Of a DNA stretch of 64,000 bases, positions 21,223 to 29,043 are shown one piece after another. The DNA is taken from the NCBI RefSeq assembly GCF_050320075.1, contig NZ_CP190018.1, one strand, 5' to 3'. This DNA comes from Escherichia coli. Lineage in GTDB: Bacteria > Pseudomonadota > Gammaproteobacteria > Enterobacterales > Enterobacteriaceae. Under the pieces are notes generated by a model, which saw nothing but the letters and a program-made list of their open reading frames with translations, was not told the DNA's origin and ran no database searches. Numbering within the stretch: position 1 is the first letter of the stretch; the number at the start of each line of letters is the position of its first letter. The position numbers and the translations under genes are program-made.

Positions 21223-21485
21223 GCGTCGTACCCCCGTTTGCGTCCGGCAATGCGCCCGGCCATCCATGCGGTGACTTCAGAGTGCAGCCAGGCCACATTT
21301 TTACCGCCAAGACTCACCTGCGGCGGAAATTCCCCTTTACGGATGAGTTCATAGATGGTCGAGCGTGACAGGCCGCACAGGTGCATCACTTCCGGCAGAC
21401 GTAAAAAACGCTCCTGCGTGATGTCCGGCAGCGGCATCAGTGGCGTCACAGGGGCGGGAGACGGGGAAGAAAAAACAGCTTGCAT
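21219..21485 (-). CDS. AlpA/Vis-family small DNA-binding regulator (excision/integration control)
   Basis: 88-aa ORF; HTH signature [48 protein letters not shown]; true start could be an internal Met. Confidence 0.75.
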
Positions 21486-21764
21486 CGGGCTACCTCGTTA
21501 ATGTCCATACAGCACCGGATAAGTCCGTCCGGCTTCGGGTAGCGCTTTATTTTGTGAATATTTTCAGCAGACGCAACAGGGGGGATTTGTTCCGGCAGTC
21601 TTACAATGGCTGTGTATTTTTTGTTCATCTCCACTTAAAGTCATTTAAAGCCACTTAAAGCAATTCGTAATTTTTATAGTGAAATACAAATCGTTTTTTC
21701 TTATTCATTCCCGGCGAATTAATAAAAACAAACAGTAATAAACAGCACAAAAAGCCCATCAACG

Positions 21765-21868
21765 GGTGAACAGTGGTGAACAGACGGTGAACAGTCATTA
21801 CTGCGATTGTTCACCCTTTAACTTACTGTATTACTTATCTTTTTTATTAAGGTGAACAGAGGTGAACA
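21765..21868. promoter_or_regulatory. cluster of six P4 type-I iterons, crr- or ori-like
   Basis: GGTGAACA at 21765, 21775, 21786, 21851 and 21861 (10-11 bp phasing) plus inverted TGTTCACC at 21808-21815; between the vis-like gene and sid. Confidence 0.65.
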
Positions 21869-22038
21869 GTAAAATATAAAAAAAACAAACAGTAAGCCGG
21901 TTTTTCCTGCGACCTTTTCCTGGCTTGCCGGTCTGAGGATGAGTCTCCTGTGTCAGGGCTGGCACATCTGCAATGCGTCGTGTTGTTGTCCGGTGTACGT
22001 CACAATTTTCTTAACCTGAAGTGACGAGGAGCCGGAAA

Positions 22039-22773
22039 ATGTCTGACAACACCATCCCTGAATATCTGCAACCCGCGCTGGCACAACTGGAAAAGGCCAG
22101 AGCCGCCCATCTTGAGAACGCCCGCCTGATGGATGAGACCGTCACGGCCATTGAACGGGCAGAACAGGAAAAAAATGCGCTGGCGCAGGCCGACGGAAAC
22201 GACGCTGACGACTGGCGCACGGCCTTTCGTGCAGCCGGTGGTGTCCTGAGCGACGAGCTGAAACAGCGCCACATTGAGCGCGTGGCACGCCGGGAGCTGG
22301 TACAGGAATATGACAATCTGGCCGTGGTGCTGAATTTTGAACGTGAACGCCTGAAAGGGGCGTGTGACAGCACGGCCACCGCCTACCGGAAGGCACATCA
22401 TCACCTGCTGAGTCTGTATGCAGAGCATGAGCTGGAACACGCCCTGAATGAAACCTGTGAGGCGCTTGTCCGGGCAATGCATCTGAGCATCCAGGTACAG
22501 GAAAATCCGCTCGCCAACACCACCGGCCATCAGGGCTACGTCGCGCCGGAAAAGGCTGTCATGCAGCAGGTGAAATCATCGCTGGAGCAGAAAATTAAAC
22601 AGATGCAAATCAGCCTCACCGGCGAGCCGGTTCTCCGGCTGACCGGACTGTCAGCGGCAACACTCCCGCACATGGATTATGAGGTGGCAGGCACACCGGC
22701 ACAGCGCAAGGTGTGGCAGGACAAAATAGACCAGCAGGGAGCAGAGCTTAAGGCCAGAGGACTGCTGTCATGA
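22039..22773 (+). CDS. sid: P4 Sid-like capsid size determination (external scaffold) protein
   Basis: 244 aa from ATG 22039 (MSDNTIPEYLQPALAQLEKARAAH...), SD GAGGAG 7 nt upstream; ORF track has a GTG start at 22021. Confidence 0.85.
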   Translation: MSDNTIPEYLQPALAQLEKARAAHLENARLMDETVTAIERAEQEKNALAQADGNDADDWRTAFRAAGGVLSDELKQRHIERVARRELVQEYDNLAVVLNFERERLKGACDSTATAYRKAHHHLLSLYAEHELEHALNETCEALVRAMHLSIQVQENPLANTTGHQGYVAPEKAVMQQVKSSLEQKIKQMQISLTGEPVLRLTGLSAATLPHMDYEVAGTPAQRKVWQDKIDQQGAELKARGLLS

Positions 22774-23270
22774 TTTACTGCCCGTCGTGTGGACATGTTG
22801 CTCACACCCGTCGCGCACATTTCATGGACGATGGCACCAAGATAATGATTGCACAGTGCCGGAATATTTATTGCTCTGCGACATTTGAAGCGAGTGAAAG
22901 CTTTTTCTCTGACAGTAAAGATTCAGGAATGGAATACATTTCAGGCAAACAGAGATACCGCGATTCACTGACGTCGGCCTCCGGCAGTATGAAACGCCCG
23001 AAAAGAATGCTTGTTACCGGATATTGTTGTCGGAGATGTAAAGGCCTTGCGCTGTCAAGAACATCGCGGCGTCTGTCTCAGGAAGTCACCGAGCGTTTTT
23101 ATGTGTGCACGGATCCGGGCTGTGGTCTGGTGTTTAAAACGCTTCAGACCATCACCCGCTTCATTGTCCGCCCGGTCACGCCGGACGAACTGGCAGAAAA
23201 CCTGCATGAAAAACAGGAACTGCCGCCAGTACGGTTAAAAACACAATCATATTCGCTGCGTCTGGAATGA
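22770..23270 (+). CDS. delta: P4 Delta-like late transcription activator (tandem Ogr-type zinc fingers)
   Basis: 166 aa; two Cys4 motifs CPSCGHVAH...CRNIYCSATFEASESF and CRRCKG...CTDPGCGLVF; start overlaps sid stop (ATGA). Confidence 0.85.
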   Translation: MIYCPSCGHVAHTRRAHFMDDGTKIMIAQCRNIYCSATFEASESFFSDSKDSGMEYISGKQRYRDSLTSASGSMKRPKRMLVTGYCCRRCKGLALSRTSRRLSQEVTERFYVCTDPGCGLVFKTLQTITRFIVRPVTPDELAENLHEKQELPPVRLKTQSYSLRLE

Positions 23271-23343
23271 GGGCTGCCGGTTAACACCGGCCGTCGCCAC
23301 ACACCGTATTTTTATTCTTCAGCATGATGAGAAAGAGATAACG

Positions 23344-23916
23344 ATGGAAAGCACAGCCTTACAGCAGGCCTTTGACACCTGTCAGAATAACAAAGCAGCA
23401 TGGCTGCAACGCAAAAATGAGCTGACTGCGGCCGAACAGGAATATCTGCGGCTTCTGTCAGGAGAAGGCAGAAACGTCAGTCACCTGGACGAATTACGCA
23501 ATATTATCGAAGTCAGAAAATGGCAGGTGAATCAGGCCGCCGGTCGTTATATTCGTTCGCATGAAGCCGTTCAGCACATCAGCATCCGCGACCGGCTGAA
23601 TGATTTTATGCAGCAGCACGGCACAGTACTGGCGGCCGCACTGGCACCGGAGCTGATGGGCTACAGTGAGCTGACGGCCATTGCCCGAAACTGTGCCATA
23701 CAGCGTGCCACAGATGCCCTGCGTGAAGCCCTTCTGTCCTGGCTTGCGAAGGGTGAAAAAATTAATTATTCCGTACAGGATAGCGACATTTTAACGACCA
23801 TCGGATTCAGGCCTGACGCGGCTTCGGTGGATGACAGCCGTGAAAAATTCACCCCTGCGCAGAACATGATTTTTTCGCGCAAAAGTGCGCAACTGGCATC
23901 ACATCAGTCTGTGTAA
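23344..23916 (+). CDS. psu: P4 Psu-like polarity suppression protein
   Basis: 190-aa ORF following delta, just upstream of cos; length and order as in P4. Confidence 0.85.
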   Translation: MESTALQQAFDTCQNNKAAWLQRKNELTAAEQEYLRLLSGEGRNVSHLDELRNIIEVRKWQVNQAAGRYIRSHEAVQHISIRDRLNDFMQQHGTVLAAALAPELMGYSELTAIARNCAIQRATDALREALLSWLAKGEKINYSVQDSDILTTIGFRPDAASVDDSREKFTPAQNMIFSRKSAQLASHQSV

Positions 23917-23952
23917 AACTCCCCGAAAATCCGCCCGTTTTTACTGAAAAAA

Positions 23953-23980
23953 GCCATGCATCGATAAGGTGCATGGCTTT
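23953..23980 (+). terminator. hairpin after psu (possible terminator)
   Basis: GCCATGCA tcgataagg TGCATGGC stem-loop followed by TTT. Confidence 0.4.
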
Positions 23981-24080
23981 GCATGCGTTTTCCTGCCTCA
24001 TTTTCTGCAAACCGTGCCATTCCCGGCGCGGTCTGAGCGTGTCAGTACAACTGCATTAAAACCGCCCCGCAAAGCGGGCG

Positions 24081-24099
24081 GGCGAGGCGGGGAAAGCAC
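24081..24099. other. cos site: 19-nt P2/P4-type cohesive-end sequence
   Basis: GGCGAGGCGGGGAAAGCAC matches the P2/186/P4 cohesive-end sequence as I recall it; lies just downstream of psu. Confidence 0.7.
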
Positions 24100-24349
24100 C
24101 GCGCGCTAAACCTGATGAATAAGGAATATTTTAAAAACATTTGTGGATATGAATATTTGGGTTGTAAATGAGTGTTTTTATCTGTTTTTATGTGCTGTGA
24201 AGCAATGTTTGAGTCGATATTTTTATAAAGCTCAATAAAAATTACATTATCATTGATAAGAATGGTTGTCGGATTAACACGTTTTTAAGCTATTTATATA
24301 TAATTAAACCTCGGCAAGGTTGCTGAGGTTTAATCGATTGGTTAATTAT

Positions 24350-27076
24350 TTAGTTGATTAGGTGTGACTCAGTTGCAGAGTGACCTTTTTTTGTCCTAAC
24401 AAACTTGATAGCAAGTGTTTTTCCTCTAATGTAATTAGACCAGTTATATTTTTCTTCACCAAGGCAACTGTCCCTATGAATTAATATTTCTTTTCCATCA
24501 GAATCTCTGGCAAAAACAAATCCTTTTCCTAATGTAAGATCTGAATATATTTCTGCTATAGAATATCCATTATTTTTCCATGTGATTTGTTCGAATTCGG
24601 CAATTGTTTTAGATGAGCTAAAAGCACTCCATTTGGGGGAGGTGAATGGGTTGTTTGGTATTTTTGTTGCTCTCATTGTTGAAATGATATTAACTACTTC
24701 TTTACTTGATATCTTAAAATCTTTAGAGAACTTTGTAATGTCGGCAAGATTGCTTTCAGCAAAATCAATTACTTTTATAATGAATTGTTGAGATAGTTTA
24801 TCAATGTTGTTTTTGATCGTGTCACAAAAAAGATTTAAAGATTTAATAGCTTCGTCAGAAAGTCGATCGCTGATGTTTTCTTTTTCAAATATAAATTCCA
24901 ATATGTCGATAACTTCAGATATGTTTTTTTCTACAGACTCAGGGTTAATGTCGAAGTTATTTTCACAAGAACGCTTTAATGCGGCGACTCTAAAGTAAGC
25001 TTGCTCTTGAGGTGAATGTGAATCTTTCCATTTTTCAGTGTATTCAAGAATGTCTGGGTATTCTTTACCATAAAGATGAACACCTAAATACTCTCGCATT
25101 ATTATAGAAGACAGTACTTCGCCTGAATGCTCAACTCTGTCGAATCCAGAATCAATCAATTCCTGAGATACTTTTTGAGCCTCTATAAAATCACCAATAT
25201 CTTTATAGATATACATCAGAGTTAAGTTGTTTAGTGGATTTTCAGACTCTATGCCTATTGCTGACTTTATACAAGAAATAGCACCTAAATTATCACCCTG
25301 CTTATGTAGTATTCTGGCATATGTTCGCATAAATAGAGGATTTTTTTGATATATTTGAGCGAGTGTTTTAAAATCCTCATAAATAACATTTAATTTATCT
25401 TTGTTAACGCTTTTGTAGCCTAAAATTTTATTTGCTCTGTTAACAGCTATTTGCAAGGAGTCAGGGCTATTATTAGGGATGAATCGATAATCAAACCGAT
25501 CTATTTCTTTATCTTGTTGGAATTTTTGTAAGTGCAATATTTCAGTTCGTTGTTTTCTTGCTTTTTCAGCAATAATGTTTCTGACGGTGTTATTTCTTGG
25601 TGATGTGATTAATAGTTCTTTGATTGATTCACTTAAAGAAAACTCTTCTTCTCCCGTATTAGATGTTTTCCGGGATACTAAAGATGTGTTCAATATTTCT
25701 TTAATCGCTTTTGCTATTGAGTCGGGATCTGAATCTAAGAAATGAGTTAAAAATGATCTTGATGATGCTCCGGTGACAAACAAGCATTCAAGAATAGATA
25801 TTGCATCGTTACTTAAAACATCTAATAGATTATTAAATGAAAATGCAGCGATATCTTTTTTGGATTTTTCTATTGAGTCAGGTAAAGCCATTCCATTATA
25901 AATGGAATCTATTGTAAGCCTTATTGCTAAGGGGTTAAAATGAGTCACTTCAGTAATTCTCGTGAGTTCTTCTGGGGTTAAGTTTATTATCCCTCGTTTA
26001 TCTGAATATGATTTGGCTAGATGGAAAGCCACACCAGATTGCAATTCCTTAAGTGAAATTGGGTAAGCTCCGTCAACCATTATTCGACTAGTGACTACCA
26101 CTTTAAAATTCGAAGGAAGAGTATACTGGAAACGAATGAACTCATCAGGACCATCTCTTAATAAAGTTTCGAGATTATCGATACATAGGAGAGTGCTTTC
26201 TATATCTTGGTCGTTTATAATTTCTGAATATAGATCATCATAGTTTTCTATCTCTTCATCAGGATTAAAAAACTCCACTATTTCTTTTTTTATTTCAGAA
26301 ATGGTGTCAATGTTTTTTAACTCAGAAATACCATCAGCAGTGAGATGATGTTTCTTTAATGTTAAATAGCAAATGTTTTTGAATTTCTCATTGGCTTTTG
26401 GTGAGATGCTCAATTCTTTTAAGAAATCTAAAATTAAAGCGGTTTTTCCTACGCCTCCAGGAGCTACAACCGCAATGAATGGAGTTCGATCGTTATTTAT
26501 TGCTGATAATAACTCTTTCTTTTCACCTTTACGGCCTATAAGGCTGGTAATGTCGTGATCAAATTTATCAGGCAGGTTGTTATTAATTTCCCAGCTAATA
26601 GTAGAAAACCATTCTTCTGGAGGTGCTTTTAATTGACCAGTAGATGCGGAATAATAAGCATCCTTCACACTTTTTAAACCAAGTACTTCTATATATGGAT
26701 GTGAGGCTATAGCTGCAGCGCAATGCCAGTAATGCTCATGGAATGGTCGGGTTGGATGACTAATTTGATTTCTTATAAAAAATAAATCAACAGCTGTACA
26801 GAACTCTTTCAGTTCTGACAGTTTATCATAGTCAGATGTACCCTTAGCTAATTGCAGGGCATAATTGAAAATTTCACCGATATAACTTGCTTGGATAAGA
26901 GTTTGCGTATTGAAAACGGGACCTCTCCCACGCTCCAGTTCTAGTTTAGAACGAGGTTCGAAATGTTCGCTTAACCTACTTTTACCTCCTGCATCCTCAC
27001 TAACAACATACGCCGCCAATGCTTTTTCTAAGGCATAAACTATCATACTAGTTTTCGTATCAAGATATTCAGACAT
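24350..27076 (-). CDS. STAND/NB-ARC-type P-loop NTPase with N-terminal Rx4H domain, helical repeats and C-terminal cold-shock-like OB-fold segment; candidate anti-phage defence cargo
   Basis: 908-aa ORF with AAGGA SD 6 nt upstream; Walker A IAVVAPGGVGKT (nt 26441-26458), Walker B TLLCIDNLE, sensor-I-like KVVVTSR, GLPL-like HFNPLAI; AT-rich; sits between cos/psu and int. Confidence 0.85.
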   Translation of the reverse strand: MSEYLDTKTSMIVYALEKALAAYVVSEDAGGKSRLSEHFEPRSKLELERGRGPVFNTQTLIQASYIGEIFNYALQLAKGTSDYDKLSELKEFCTAVDLFFIRNQISHPTRPFHEHYWHCAAAIASHPYIEVLGLKSVKDAYYSASTGQLKAPPEEWFSTISWEINNNLPDKFDHDITSLIGRKGEKKELLSAINNDRTPFIAVVAPGGVGKTALILDFLKELSISPKANEKFKNICYLTLKKHHLTADGISELKNIDTISEIKKEIVEFFNPDEEIENYDDLYSEIINDQDIESTLLCIDNLETLLRDGPDEFIRFQYTLPSNFKVVVTSRIMVDGAYPISLKELQSGVAFHLAKSYSDKRGIINLTPEELTRITEVTHFNPLAIRLTIDSIYNGMALPDSIEKSKKDIAAFSFNNLLDVLSNDAISILECLFVTGASSRSFLTHFLDSDPDSIAKAIKEILNTSLVSRKTSNTGEEEFSLSESIKELLITSPRNNTVRNIIAEKARKQRTEILHLQKFQQDKEIDRFDYRFIPNNSPDSLQIAVNRANKILGYKSVNKDKLNVIYEDFKTLAQIYQKNPLFMRTYARILHKQGDNLGAISCIKSAIGIESENPLNNLTLMYIYKDIGDFIEAQKVSQELIDSGFDRVEHSGEVLSSIIMREYLGVHLYGKEYPDILEYTEKWKDSHSPQEQAYFRVAALKRSCENNFDINPESVEKNISEVIDILEFIFEKENISDRLSDEAIKSLNLFCDTIKNNIDKLSQQFIIKVIDFAESNLADITKFSKDFKISSKEVVNIISTMRATKIPNNPFTSPKWSAFSSSKTIAEFEQITWKNNGYSIAEIYSDLTLGKGFVFARDSDGKEILIHRDSCLGEEKYNWSNYIRGKTLAIKFVRTKKGHSATESHLIN

Positions 27077-27094
27077 ATATGATCCTTGTTCAAA

Positions 27095-28282
27095 TTAAAG
27101 AGTGGTTTGCAATCCCCACCAATTCATTAACTCTATACGTTGTTCTAAATAGGTACTTCTATTGTAAGCTTTTCGAACCTCATTCCTCTCGGAATGCGCC
27201 AATGCTGCTTCAATAACATCAGGATTAAATTCTGCTTCGTTCATTGCCGTACTGGCAATTGATCTTAGTCCATGGGCCACTAACTTACCGCCATAACCTA
27301 TTCTCTTCAAGGCAGCGTTTGCCGTCTGACTGTTCATCGGCTGTTTTGGATCGTTTCTGCTCGGGAAAATATGTTCACGGTGACCACTGATAGGCTTCAT
27401 TACTTCCAAAATACCTAAAGCCTGAGGTGACAAAGGGACAATGTGTTCACGTTTAGCCTTCATTCGTTCGGCGGGAATCGTCCAGAGTTTGGCCTCGAGA
27501 TCGATCTCGACCCACCGAGCACCAGAAGCCTCAGAAGGGCGCACTAGGGTCAGGAGCTGCCACTCGATAAGACAGCGAGTCGGAACAGACAGATTCGACA
27601 TTACCAGAGAACGCATCAGCTTAGGTAATTCTTCGGGTCGTAGCGTGGGCATATTCTGCTTTTTGGGTTTCTCAAATGCCATTCCAACACCTGATGCTGG
27701 ATTTGCATCAATTAGACCAGTGTTTACGGCATAAATCATTATCTCGTTAATGCGCTGTACCAGACGACGTACCGTCTCTAGCGCGCCACGTGCTTTGATT
27801 GGTTCGAGGGTTTCAACAAGTGTTCGGGCTTTGATTTGCTGAACAGGGAGCTCACCGATGGCAGGTAATACATCTTTTTCCAGGGAACGCCAAATGTCTT
27901 TCGCGTAATCAGGGGTAACGCTTTTGCTTTTTATCTGGAACCAGTTGGTCGCAACAGTCGAAAAAATACTGTCTAGAGCTATCTGTTGTTGTTCTTCGAT
28001 AAATTCAGCTTGAACTTGTGGGTCTATACCATTAGCCAACAAAGCAAGGTAATCCGCTCTTAACCGTCGAGCATCAGCAAGTGAAAGGGCGGGGAAAGCA
28101 CCAAGCCCCATCATTGTCCGCTGTTTTGTTGCTGGACGTTGATAACGGAAACGCCACAACTTCTTACCGTTCGTTTTAACGAGCAGAAAAAGGCCATCGC
28201 CATCATGTAACGTTAGATCCTTTTCTAACGCTTTAGCGCGCAGAACTTCGGTGTTGGTCAGGGGGCGTGTTGTTCTTGCCAC
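27095..28282 (-). CDS. int: tyrosine site-specific integrase (P4/CP4-57 IntA type), ssrA-specific
   Basis: 395-aa ORF with GTG start; catalytic motifs AHGLRSIA and KAYNRSTYLE; next to the ssrA 3' end. Confidence 0.9.
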   Translation of the reverse strand: MARTTRPLTNTEVLRAKALEKDLTLHDGDGLFLLVKTNGKKLWRFRYQRPATKQRTMMGLGAFPALSLADARRLRADYLALLANGIDPQVQAEFIEEQQQIALDSIFSTVATNWFQIKSKSVTPDYAKDIWRSLEKDVLPAIGELPVQQIKARTLVETLEPIKARGALETVRRLVQRINEIMIYAVNTGLIDANPASGVGMAFEKPKKQNMPTLRPEELPKLMRSLVMSNLSVPTRCLIEWQLLTLVRPSEASGARWVEIDLEAKLWTIPAERMKAKREHIVPLSPQALGILEVMKPISGHREHIFPSRNDPKQPMNSQTANAALKRIGYGGKLVAHGLRSIASTAMNEAEFNPDVIEAALAHSERNEVRKAYNRSTYLEQRIELMNWWGLQTTL

Positions 28283-28304
28283 TGTGGCCGCTCCTTCATG
28301 AATT

Positions 28305-28352
28305 GGTATACGTGTTTAGGTATACATCCTACCGTATACCTAAACGTATACC
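28305..28352. promoter_or_regulatory. four GTATACC/GGTATAC repeats in an imperfect inverted arrangement upstream of int (candidate arm-type sites / int promoter region)
   Basis: GGTATAC at 28305 and 28319, GTATACC at 28334 and 28346. Confidence 0.45.
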
Positions 28353-28466
28353 AATAATCACTGGATTTAGCTGGATATCCTCGGACAATGGTAGACACAA
28401 AAAAGCCCGCAGAGCTTGTGCCATGCGGGCTTTCAGGATTTCTCCGGACGTATCCGGAAGAGCAAG

Positions 28467-28481
28467 TGGTGGAGCTGGCGG
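28467..28481. repeat. attL-side direct repeat (ssrA 3' terminus)
   Basis: TGGTGGAGCTGGCGG, identical to 16764-16778. Confidence 0.75.
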
Positions 28482-28829
28482 GAGTTGAACCCGCGTCCGA
28501 AATTCCTACGTCCTCGGTACTACATGCTTAGTCAGTCTTTACATTCGCTTGCCAGCTGCGGACGGACACGCCACTAACAAACTAGCCTGATTAAGTTTTA
28601 ACGCTTCAACCCCAGGCAGGGCTTCCACGCGATCTCTTTTGGGTTTGACCTCTCTTGATCCCCGTCCTAAGAGCGGAGGCTAGGGAGAGAGGGCTCTAAG
28701 CAGGTTATTAAGCTGCTAAAGCGTAGTTTTCGTCGTTTGCGACTATTTTTTGCGGCTTTTTACGAGGCCAACCGCCCCTCGGCATGCACCTTGGGTTTCG
28801 CAAATCCCGTCGAATCCAGAATCAGCCCC
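28467..28829 (-). ncRNA. ssrA: tmRNA (SsrA), 363 nt
   Basis: Reverse complement reads GGGGCTGATTCTGGATTCGACGGGATTTGCGAAACCCAAGGTGCATGCC...GGTTCAACTCCCGCCAGCTCCACCA. Confidence 0.95.
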
Positions 28830-29043
28830 AATGTGTAACGGCAAGTATACCAGATTTATGAGCGCCATGACCAGCCTCAATGGCGTTATCGTTAAAGATT
28901 TAGCACCCATGTAGCCTGATTTTTATTCGATTAAGCAATGGGATGGCAACATTTGTGTCGGATGTGATAGCCAATAAGATGTTCATTCGCGCCGCCGGAG
29001 AGGGAGGCGCGGTGAGGAACTGGTCAATAATTGGAGTGCAGGT

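Larger units (their letters stand above)
16764..28481 (-). mobile_element. P4-like satellite prophage (~11.7 kb) integrated at the 3' end of ssrA
   Basis: Bounded by direct repeats TGGTGGAGCTGGCGG (16764-16778 and 28467-28481, the latter the ssrA 3' end); contains integrase, cos, psu (190 aa), delta (166 aa), sid (244 aa), iteron clusters, vis/alpA-like gene and a 777-aa alpha-type primase. Confidence 0.85.

Noticed and set aside
20084-21368. Several plus-strand ORFs (20084..20455, 20349..20600, 20993..21274, 21060..21368)
   Set aside because: They overlap the translationally coupled minus-strand operon (SD sequences, ATGA/GTGCGTAA overlaps), which is the more parsimonious coding strand
21987-22004. 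TGT-N12-ACA dyad (TGTCCGGTGTACGTCACA) upstream of sid, resembling an Ogr/Delta-activated late promoter element
   Set aside because: It is only ~35-50 bp upstream of the sid ATG, too close for an element normally centred near -55 from the transcription start, and this 6-bp pattern is expected by chance a few times in 12 kb
22000-22530. 176-aa and 122-aa minus-strand ORFs
   Set aside because: Antisense to sid, whose product has the expected P4 Sid length and start
24350-27076. Alternative reading of the 908-aa cargo protein as a restriction or Type IV modification-dependent enzyme
   Set aside because: No methyltransferase partner and no recognisable nuclease, PD-(D/E)xK or helicase motif set; the Walker A/B, hhhTSR and NPLA motif order fits a STAND NTPase better
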